From IMG/VR virus record IMGVR_UViG_3300036770_003016: a stretch of 64,000 bases of DNA; one strand, written 5' to 3'. Of the stretch, positions 9,065 through 16,527 are shown in pieces (position 1 is the stretch's first letter; every line of letters starts with the position of its first letter). The notes below the pieces were generated by a model. The model saw only the letters and a program-made list of their open reading frames with translations, made no database searches and had not been told where the DNA came from. The stretch comes from a virus. The translations under genes were made by a program, and so were the position numbers.

Positions 9065-9541
9065 TTAAGCAGCCTTCTGTGCCTCTTGTAGAAGCTGAGG
9101 TTTGAACTCTTTCAGTTCAGTACCAATTTCAATCTTGCGTGGCTTCTTATGTTCTGGAATGATGTTCTCAAGTCCAATACGCAGAATACCATCTTTGAAT
9201 TCAGCACCTTTGACCTCAATAGTGTCTGCAATGGTAAGTGTTTTTGTAAATGATCTAGTACCAATACCACGGTGTAGATACTGTGCATCAGGTGTTTTTT
9301 CTTCTTTTTCACCTTTGATTGTAAGCACACTATCTTTTACTGTGATATCGATTTCATCTTTACTAAACCCAGCAATAGCAAGTTCAACGACATAATGACT
9401 GTCATCTAACTTGAGAATATTGTGTGGTGGAAAAGATGTTGTGGGCTTTACATCAGACTCTAGAAGTCTCTCAACTTCATTAAAGAAACGATCAAAACCA
9501 AGAGTGTTGTTGTAAAGTGGACCAAATGAAATACGAGTCAT
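9065..9541 (-). CDS. hsp20: Small heat shock protein Hsp20/IbpA
   Basis: Start MTRISFG at 9541 after AAGGAG; FPPHNI, ELAIAGF, YLHRGIGTRSF, DGILRI, IPEHKKPRKIEI. Confidence 0.95.
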   Translation of the reverse strand: MTRISFGPLYNNTLGFDRFFNEVERLLESDVKPTTSFPPHNILKLDDSHYVVELAIAGFSKDEIDITVKDSVLTIKGEKEEKTPDAQYLHRGIGTRSFTKTLTIADTIEVKGAEFKDGILRIGLENIIPEHKKPRKIEIGTELKEFKPQLLQEAQKAA

Positions 9542-9606
9542 GTTTTTCTCCTTTTTAAGCAAGTTATATGAAGTGTGATCCATTAGGCATCACACCTTTA
9601 TTTATC
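9542..9606 (-). promoter_or_regulatory. hsp20 leader: late-like promoter, 5' hairpin and ROSE-like anti-SD element
   Basis: GATAAATA, then AGGUGUGAU/AUCACACUU stem, then CUUGCUU-AAA-AAGGAG. Confidence 0.55.
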
Positions 9607-9780
9607 CAAAATATCAAATGCAGCCTTATTGGCTAAATAAGTTCTTTCTGGATTCTTTTCATTGTATACACGAATGAAGTCCATACCCCCTTGAGTATAA
9701 ACATCTTCTAAATCTTTCGTGAATACAATATCGTTCGTATATTTATTTTTCAAACGGACAAATTTTTCTTGTAGTTCCAT
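9598..9780 (-). CDS. Small conserved hypothetical protein
   Basis: 60-aa ORF between regA and hsp20, abutting both. Confidence 0.65.
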   Translation of the reverse strand: MELQEKFVRLKNKYTNDIVFTKDLEDVYTQGGMDFIRVYNEKNPERTYLANKAAFDILDK

Positions 9781-9782
9781 AA

Positions 9783-10199
9783 TTAGTACTCAATTTTTTT
9801 CTTTCCAATTGTGTATTTACTCTGCAAATCCCATTCGTCTTTTTCTTTATAAGAGATAATTTTTATCTGATGTAGTGGAGCTAAATTTCCTTCAATTTTC
9901 TCTTTTTCATCTTTAAAAATTTTAAGTAATCCCCATTCTTCCAAAAGGGTTACTATGGCATTTCTTCGTTGTATGTCATTGTCAGTAATCGTAGACATCT
10001 TACCATCTAATTTAAATAGTTCTTTAAAATGTAGTATAACATAACGACCCTGCTTATGCAATATGTGACAAGACTGATATAGAACTTTCTCCTTTCTCGA
10101 TGAAACTCCAATTCTAGTTAAAGTTTCCCTGACTTTTAAAAAGGCATCTTCATTCTCTAGTTCAATCTCAACACCCACTCCTTTAAAAATATCTTCCAT
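9783..10199 (-). CDS. regA: Translational repressor RegA
   Basis: FLKVRETLTRIGV, LYQSCHILHKQGRY, HFKELF, RRNAIV. Confidence 0.97.
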   Translation of the reverse strand: MEDIFKGVGVEIELENEDAFLKVRETLTRIGVSSRKEKVLYQSCHILHKQGRYVILHFKELFKLDGKMSTITDNDIQRRNAIVTLLEEWGLLKIFKDEKEKIEGNLAPLHQIKIISYKEKDEWDLQSKYTIGKKKIEY

Positions 10200-10200
10200 A

Positions 10201-10587
10201 TCATTTCCTTAATCCACCCGTAAGGGTTTGTTCTTTTAGTTTTTGGATCTCTTCTTTGCTTAGTAGACTTAAAGCCTCTAGTGCTTTAGTATCTGAATAG
10301 CCATAGGCTGTTTTGATAAATGATATGTCATCGTTTTCTTCAGATTTTGCCCACTTCACATATGGTCTTTTTTTAGACCTGACTGTATTTATAAAAAAAT
10401 CATTTTGAAGTTTTTTATCTATGAAATGACGCCTGTTCATCTCATTTGCATACAATACAGTATCGAAATGATAAGATAAAGACCTGTTTACAATAAAAGG
10501 AGAATAGTTTTTCTCAGATTCTTCATCAACAATAAGATTCTTTTTGCCATAAAGTATCTCATTTACATAGTCAAATACTTTAGGCAT
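10201..10587 (-). CDS. gp62: Clamp loader small subunit gp62
   Basis: YSPFIVNRSLS, ANEMN, KWAK, YGYS...A; follows gp44. Confidence 0.93.
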   Translation of the reverse strand: MPKVFDYVNEILYGKKNLIVDEESEKNYSPFIVNRSLSYHFDTVLYANEMNRRHFIDKKLQNDFFINTVRSKKRPYVKWAKSEENDDISFIKTAYGYSDTKALEALSLLSKEEIQKLKEQTLTGGLRK

Positions 10588-10588
10588 A

Positions 10589-11533
10589 TTAATCTTTCAA
10601 CTCACAATTAACCATGATCTCAGTCAGACATGCAACAAGATTGATTTCACTATCAGCCACAAATGCTTGCTTATATTGATAGTCAGCAAGTATCAGAACT
10701 GCCTGTGGAATCGAAGCAGGTTTCATAACATCATACAGAGAATCATAAATCTGGCGAAAGACTGTATTTGAATCATAATCACCAGTGGCAACCCACTTGC
10801 GAATAGAACCAAAATCTTTCTCTTTAATGTACTTTACGATTTCAGTAATGTTTACATTGGCAATTTGTGCAAGTATACCTGTATCGATTTTACCAAACTG
10901 GGAGTAACGCTGCAACTCGTTTAGCACACGACGAAAATCGGGAAAGTACTTTTTGACTAATTCTGCAATTACAGGTTCATCATAGTCAATTTTTTCACTT
11001 TGCAAAATTGATTGAATTCTCTTAAAGAACGATGCAGCCATCTTAGCCTTCTCACCATTCTTTAAATTGAATTCTACAACTGCACAACGAGAATGTAATG
11101 GTTCTATGATACGATTCTTGTAATTACAGGTAAAGATAAAAGAACAGTTACCTGAGAACTCTTCGATTGCATTACGCAAAGCAGGTTGAGTAGAATTTGG
11201 ATTAAGATAATCTGCCTCGTCAATGATGATGACCTTGCGGCCACCAGAAAGACTCATTGACGATGCATAGTTTTTAATCTTCGTTCTAAATGTATCAATG
11301 CCACTCTCATCAGAACCATTGATTACTAGAAAGTCGCAACCGATTTCGTTGCACATTGCTTTCGCAACTGTCGTTTTTCCAATTCCTGGTCCGCCAGCCA
11401 GAAGAAGATTTGGTATGCTCTTCTGATTGACGTACTCTTGAAATGGTTTCTTCAACCTTTCTGGTAGAATACAGTCCTGAATTGTTTTTGGACGATACTT
11501 CTCTGTGAACAACAAGTGTTCTAGATTTGTCAT
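10589..11533 (-). CDS. gp44: Clamp loader ATPase gp44
   Basis: EKYRP, GPGIGKTT, IIDEAD, SRC, FPDFRR. Confidence 0.97.
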   Translation of the reverse strand: MTNLEHLLFTEKYRPKTIQDCILPERLKKPFQEYVNQKSIPNLLLAGGPGIGKTTVAKAMCNEIGCDFLVINGSDESGIDTFRTKIKNYASSMSLSGGRKVIIIDEADYLNPNSTQPALRNAIEEFSGNCSFIFTCNYKNRIIEPLHSRCAVVEFNLKNGEKAKMAASFFKRIQSILQSEKIDYDEPVIAELVKKYFPDFRRVLNELQRYSQFGKIDTGILAQIANVNITEIVKYIKEKDFGSIRKWVATGDYDSNTVFRQIYDSLYDVMKPASIPQAVLILADYQYKQAFVADSEINLVACLTEIMVNCELKD

Positions 11534-11566
11534 TATATAAATCCTTCATCAAATAAATCATTGAAA

Positions 11567-11743
11567 TTAAAACTCACTCAACCTCGTAACAGCCATCATG
11601 TAGTTCTCTGTCACTACAACATAAGAATTATTAGTGAAAAGAATTCTTGTTCCTAGTGGAGAATCTTCTACAAGATATACTTCATCTGGATTGATGGCTA
11701 TACTAACATTTTTTTCTTTATCAATAAAGTATTTGAATCTCAT
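11567..11743 (-). CDS. Small hypothetical protein, 58 aa (not in ORF track)
   Basis: MRFKYFIDKEKNVSIAINPDEVYLVEDSPLGTRILFTNNSYVVVTENYMMAVTRLSEF*; ATGA overlap with the gp45 stop. Confidence 0.65.
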   Translation of the reverse strand: MRFKYFIDKEKNVSIAINPDEVYLVEDSPLGTRILFTNNSYVVVTENYMMAVTRLSEF

Positions 11744-12429
11744 TTCTTAGCCTCAAATGTAGAACCAACTTCAGTAGTAATGTAATACTCAATCGAAAAC
11801 TTTGTGTTTTTGAAATGAGCAATGCCTTTAGATGAAATAGAAAGATCATATGCACCGGTCAAAAGTTTCTGAATGTTTTCCGTTTTGAAAATCATACGAT
11901 ACTTATTACCATTGCCTTCAGATTCTAATTCAAGTGACTGTGTGTGTGCAGAATCGTTTGCGAGATCGATGGTAAGTACTTTGACTGTACTACCATCAGA
12001 TTCTACAGCGATCTGAGGTGACCCCAAAACATTTGCAGAGTCCAAAATCCAACGAAAATCTTCAGCCGAAAGTTTGACTTGAATTTCAGGACTTGGCATC
12101 TGCAAATCTTTTTCTGGAGGGGTCACGATCATTGTAGGTTCACAAAACCGATACTTAATTTTACTACGGCCTTTTTGCCCAGATATAATTACATTCTTCT
12201 CATCAAACTCCAACTCAAGGTCGTTTTTGTGTAGAGAAAGAACAGACAAAAATTCATTGATATCATAGATACCAAAGTCTTTTGGTAGTTCGTCTGTAAT
12301 TGTAGCCTTAGCAAAAATGTTTTTAAGATTGGAAACAGTTTTCAAGGTCTTCCCTTTCTTCAAGAAAAGACCTTGATTGATGGTTCCAAAGTTTTTCAAA
12401 ACAGCCAATGTAGTATCAGATAATTTCAT
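11740..12429 (-). CDS. gp45: Sliding clamp gp45
   Basis: MKLSDTTLAVLKNFGTIN, FGIYDINEFL, ISSKGIAHF. Confidence 0.96.
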   Translation of the reverse strand: MKLSDTTLAVLKNFGTINQGLFLKKGKTLKTVSNLKNIFAKATITDELPKDFGIYDINEFLSVLSLHKNDLELEFDEKNVIISGQKGRSKIKYRFCEPTMIVTPPEKDLQMPSPEIQVKLSAEDFRWILDSANVLGSPQIAVESDGSTVKVLTIDLANDSAHTQSLELESEGNGNKYRMIFKTENIQKLLTGAYDLSISSKGIAHFKNTKFSIEYYITTEVGSTFEAKK

Positions 12430-12449
12430 AATATAATTTTTCCTTTAAA

Positions 12450-13616
12450 TTAAACTTCTTCCGAATCTTCTTCGTCTTCTTCAATAAACTTTGAATATAA
12501 ACTTTTGTTTGTTAAGTATTGTGTTGTGATGTTCTGATCGTTCTTACCAAACACAATTAATTTTCCATCATCAGGACAAAGCCCTTCCAAATTAGCAGGA
12601 ACTACACCATATAATTTGATTTTGAAATCAGAAGTGCTTTTTCCATCAAAGAAACCGGAACTGATGTAGCTCAATTTCTCATACCACATTTCTTTGAATC
12701 GTAGTACTCTGGTGATGAAAGTTGATTCCAATGAAGCGCCAGACAACAGACCAGTGTGAATAACAACACGAACTTCTTTTGTGGGGTTCATAAGTGATAC
12801 TTTTGCAGCATCAAAGATTGATTTCGAAACAGTACTGTAAGATACAGGAAAATAAATTACTGTGTTTGTATCGATGTATTTGTTCTGTTTCAACCAAGAA
12901 TCTACATTCCCAAATTTCCACTCTTTTGGTTCAAGACCAGTTCTTGCAGAATAAGCAGAGTGATCAAAAATGAGACTAGTCATTCGTTCGATTTTTGAAG
13001 GTGTGAAATCTGCACCAACAACTTTTACCCAACTCTCAACAACATCACGGTTGAATGAAAGAGAACCTTCAGCAACAAGCTTCTTTCCAACACTAATGAT
13101 ATCATCGAGTTTTACAGTACCAGAAGGACCGTTCTCTTTATTTGCGTTGAGTCCAAATGTTAATGTAGCAAATGAACGAACACTTGTATCTTTTGTTGTG
13201 TATTTGTACAAAGCGACGATGCGGTTTCGTACTTTCAGAGTTGGCAACTCAAGAATAGAATCTTTTGTGCGTCCATCTAAAAGTGTATATGAACCTTTGT
13301 CTTCTTCAACAACACAGATTGGTCGACCATGTAGTCTCCATCCATTTGTTGTGAGGTCATGCAAGTGATCTGCATAACGATCATTACCACCCCCATGTCG
13401 AACAAACTGACTGTTTGACTGAGCAGAAGAGCGGGAGATTGAATCAGTTTCCATCAAGATGAAATCTACGAATTCCAATCCTTCAGGAAGTAATTCCCCA
13501 AAGAGTTCTGGATAAGCTGGATAAGATTCTTTTTTGATTGACTGTTTTACGAATTCTAAGTGATCGTCAGTAAATCTGAAGTTTTTTGATAATGCTACAA
13601 TAGGTTTTACAGCCAT
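12450..13616 (-). CDS. Hypothetical protein with a possible ParB/Srx-like N-terminal domain
   Basis: GW...RPICVVEE...YTLLDGRTK resembles the ParB-N P...hhDGxxR motif; strong RBS AAGGAG. Confidence 0.55.
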   Translation of the reverse strand: MAVKPIVALSKNFRFTDDHLEFVKQSIKKESYPAYPELFGELLPEGLEFVDFILMETDSISRSSAQSNSQFVRHGGGNDRYADHLHDLTTNGWRLHGRPICVVEEDKGSYTLLDGRTKDSILELPTLKVRNRIVALYKYTTKDTSVRSFATLTFGLNANKENGPSGTVKLDDIISVGKKLVAEGSLSFNRDVVESWVKVVGADFTPSKIERMTSLIFDHSAYSARTGLEPKEWKFGNVDSWLKQNKYIDTNTVIYFPVSYSTVSKSIFDAAKVSLMNPTKEVRVVIHTGLLSGASLESTFITRVLRFKEMWYEKLSYISSGFFDGKSTSDFKIKLYGVVPANLEGLCPDDGKLIVFGKNDQNITTQYLTNKSLYSKFIEEDEEDSEEV

Positions 13617-13704
13617 GGTAATTCTCCTTTTTAAGGGTTAAAGTTTTAAATACCTGTTTTTCGACAGGGTCACAACAAAGTGTGATTTTACTCACACTAA
13701 CAGT

Positions 13705-13977
13705 CTAATTTCTTTTTAGACTGTCATGATTATATAGTAAAATTAATCCGTAATGCAACACTTTTAGCAAATCTTTTCGGTTATAACCACCTTTTTTGCC
13801 GTATCTTTGTGCATACTTCATAATATTTCCTATACAAAATCCGTCACCATGGCCAGCATCAAGAATAAATTCAGTTGCCTGAAACTTATTCATTGAGTAA
13901 TGCTCGCCATAAGTGCTATCTATATAGTCTTTGAATTCTTTCAAAAGACGATCTTCATCATATTTGTAATCAATCAT
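13705..13977 (-). CDS. DUF3310 / T7 gp1.7-like (putative nucleotide kinase) family protein
   Basis: HYS...GFCIGNIMKYAQRYGKKGG...DLLKVLHY. Confidence 0.75.
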   Translation of the reverse strand: MIDYKYDEDRLLKEFKDYIDSTYGEHYSMNKFQATEFILDAGHGDGFCIGNIMKYAQRYGKKGGYNRKDLLKVLHYGLILLYNHDSLKRN

Positions 13978-14789
13978 AGTTTACCTGTATAATTGGCAAC
14001 AGCAGGCATATTACCATTGAAAGCGTAAGTGCCAATATGTTGAGTTTTCATCCAAGGACACAAGAAAATCTGTCCACCAATTTTACGCCACATCTGACAG
14101 AACATATAGTCTTCACTTAGGTAACGATCTGAACCACCACCAGTAATAGATTCTTTGTAGTCAATTACAGTATCAAAGAAAGCATGAATATACCTTGAAC
14201 CGTCAAAGTTTTTCTGGCCAACATGATCTGGTTTATAATGAATCATTGGATAAGCTTCTTTCATCTTATCAAAAACTTCTCGTTTAATCATCATATAACC
14301 AGTACCAATTTCCATCACTTCAAGAGGTTCTGTTACAGAAAATGATTTAGTACCTTTCACTACATTGAATACATAGTCACCAACAAGTTTCTGAACTTCA
14401 TCAACTTCGATATCAGGATTCTTTTTGATGGCTTCAATAATGTTACGCCAATTAATTGCCTTCTTTGGATATGGGGCACCAATAACTTCTTTATCTAATG
14501 CTAGAAGAGCAAGAACATCTTGAGCTGAATAACCAATATCAGAATCAAGAAACAACATATGTGTACAATTTGATCTGAGAAATTCATCAACGAGATAATT
14601 TCTAGCCCTAGTGATCAAAGATTCATTAAATAGAAATGAAAATTTACATTCAATTCCATATTTGTTCATTACATTTTGCAAATCTAACGAAGACTTCATA
14701 TAAAGACCATGTGCCATTCCACCGTACATTGGTGTAGCAACAAATAGTTTATTCTGTCTTAGTTTTTCAATATCAACTTTAATTTCCAT
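13974..14789 (-). CDS. GT-A-fold glycosyltransferase-like protein
   Basis: ATPMYGG, ESLITRARN, FLDSDI (DxD), GTGYMMIKR, YLSEDYMFC. Confidence 0.75.
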   Translation of the reverse strand: MEIKVDIEKLRQNKLFVATPMYGGMAHGLYMKSSLDLQNVMNKYGIECKFSFLFNESLITRARNYLVDEFLRSNCTHMLFLDSDIGYSAQDVLALLALDKEVIGAPYPKKAINWRNIIEAIKKNPDIEVDEVQKLVGDYVFNVVKGTKSFSVTEPLEVMEIGTGYMMIKREVFDKMKEAYPMIHYKPDHVGQKNFDGSRYIHAFFDTVIDYKESITGGGSDRYLSEDYMFCQMWRKIGGQIFLCPWMKTQHIGTYAFNGNMPAVANYTGKL

Positions 14790-14805
14790 AATTCACCCAT
14801 AAACG

Positions 14806-14853
14806 AAAAAAGAGGAAGCATACACTTGTATATATGCTTCCTCTTTGTTTTTT
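14806..14853. terminator. Intrinsic terminator (bidirectional-looking)
   Basis: 14-bp inverted repeat AAAGAGGAAGCATA/TATGCTTCCTCTTT with A and T runs. Confidence 0.8.
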
Positions 14854-14862
14854 TACTACTTC

Positions 14863-15132
14863 TTAAGCAAAAGTACGAACTCCTGCCGAGCGCAGAGCAG
14901 AGATGCCTGCAGCAATCATTCGTTTAGTAGGTGTACCCAAACGATAGAAAGAAACTTTCTCGCCGTTCACAATGCGGCTGTTCAGGTAGATTGCATGACC
15001 TTCATTGCGAAGATCATTAATGGTTGCGGAGGGATTTGCAACACCGAACATGCTCTGCATCTTTGCAGGGGTCAGGGTGTTGTAACCAGTGGACTTGGAC
15101 AGATAGTTAAGAACTTTAGATTTAACAGACAT
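14863..15132 (-). CDS. Small winged-HTH nucleic-acid-binding protein
   Basis: FGVANPSATINDLRNEGHAIYLN...YRLG HTH/wing pattern. Confidence 0.75.
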   Translation of the reverse strand: MSVKSKVLNYLSKSTGYNTLTPAKMQSMFGVANPSATINDLRNEGHAIYLNSRIVNGEKVSFYRLGTPTKRMIAAGISALRSAGVRTFA

Positions 15133-15156
15133 TCAAAATACTCCATAAAGTAAAAT

Positions 15157-15206
15157 AGTCGCAGGTTAGAAACATGTCTGAAAGGCGACTGTTCTCTCAG
15201 ACATGT
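15157..15206 (-). promoter_or_regulatory. H-type pseudoknot in the 5' leader of the HTH gene
   Basis: 13-bp stem; loop AGUCGC is complementary to GCGACU 9 nt downstream. Confidence 0.6.
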
Positions 15207-15210
15207 GTAC

Positions 15211-15239
15211 ATCATACTACAGGGTCATACATTTGTCAA
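15211..15239 (-). promoter_or_regulatory. sigma70-type (early) promoter
   Basis: TTGACA-N17-TATGAT. Confidence 0.75.
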
Positions 15240-15255
15240 TACTTTTTAAGGCAAA

Positions 15256-16440
15256 TTAGAAAGGAATATCTTCTTTGCCAATCTCTTCAGGCACAGGTTG
15301 TGTTTGTGTCATCAGAGTTTCAGTGTTGGCACCGGCATCTACTTTAGTGTAGAGATCAAGGAAAGAAATCTTTGTATCATCATCGAAACGATTCAAACAA
15401 AGCGTAATTGCCTTAATGCGATCTCCGAACACAGAGTAGGTCTTGGCAATATGCACAAGACGGCGAGTGGAAATCACTTCGTCAACACCGCCTTCAACAA
15501 AGGTTTTGCGAATGACTTCTGCCCAAGTAACAAGTTTCTGAGCAAATTCATCATCAGCACGACCAAGAGATTCAAGTTCTTTCTTAAGAATCTTTTGTTC
15601 AGTTTTGTTGGAAGGCCATTCTTGTTCGTAAGTATTGAGAAAACGCTCAAGAAATGCTTCGTTCAGAACATTGGTGAACATGTAACGACCATCTTCTGAA
15701 CCTTTACCTTTTGTGTTCGCAGTGGCAACAACTGTAAAACCAGGTGCAGGTTGAATCAGTTCATTCTTCTTTTTAAGCAAGAATGGTTTGCCTTCAAGAA
15801 CACGCTGCAAACTGGAAAGGTTTTGTGAACCGTAGTCAATCTCATCAATACAGAGTACTGCACCTTGACGAGCAGCAACAGTCACAGGACCATCACGCCA
15901 TTCCATTTGACCATTGATCAAAACGAAATTACCGAACAGATCACTTTCATCAGTTTCAGGTGTCATAGAGACGCAAACGAATTTGCGTTTTAGTTTGGCA
16001 CAAGCCTGTTCAACAGACATTGTTTTACCATTACCTGATTGACCAGTAATGAAGATCGGATAGAATCGATTCGAACCGATGATCGAAACGAGATCGTCAA
16101 AATGACCGAACGGTACATAATTTTTGTATACATTCGGTACAAGGTTTTCGACCTCAAGATCAGTCACAACCGAACTGATACGATTTTTAGAAGTTTGCAT
16201 AGGAATAACCTGAGCTTGCATTTCAATAGTTACGGGAGCAGCTGTTGCAGGTTTTGCAACAGCAGTGGGTACTTTATATAGTCCACGCTTCAGACGATTT
16301 TGTTCGTCACTGGTAAACCATTGAATACTTCCAATTCCTACTTTTTTGGCAACATCTTTGACTTCAGTACGAGTCAAAGAAGTTTTACCGGTTGCAACAA
16401 GGGCGTCAATGAAAAGTTGGCGATTAATAGTGCGAGGCAT
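15256..16440 (-). CDS. cobS: MoxR/CobS-like AAA+ ATPase
   Basis: GQSGNGKT, LCIDEID, ATANTKGKGSEDGRY, NEAFLERF, ISTRRLVH. Confidence 0.9.
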   Translation of the reverse strand: MPRTINRQLFIDALVATGKTSLTRTEVKDVAKKVGIGSIQWFTSDEQNRLKRGLYKVPTAVAKPATAAPVTIEMQAQVIPMQTSKNRISSVVTDLEVENLVPNVYKNYVPFGHFDDLVSIIGSNRFYPIFITGQSGNGKTMSVEQACAKLKRKFVCVSMTPETDESDLFGNFVLINGQMEWRDGPVTVAARQGAVLCIDEIDYGSQNLSSLQRVLEGKPFLLKKKNELIQPAPGFTVVATANTKGKGSEDGRYMFTNVLNEAFLERFLNTYEQEWPSNKTEQKILKKELESLGRADDEFAQKLVTWAEVIRKTFVEGGVDEVISTRRLVHIAKTYSVFGDRIKAITLCLNRFDDDTKISFLDLYTKVDAGANTETLMTQTQPVPEEIGKEDIPF

Positions 16441-16471
16441 AATATAGAACTCCTATCAAAGTATATAAAAC

Positions 16472-16525
16472 ATTATAACGAAAAAAGGGGGAATTGTCAA
16501 CCCCCTCTGTTGTATAAAAACAACA
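16472..16525 (-). promoter_or_regulatory. sigma70 promoter with upstream 18-bp inverted-repeat operator
   Basis: TGTTGTTTTTATACAACA-N7-TTGACA-N17-TATAAT. Confidence 0.85.
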
Positions 16526-16527
16526 CT

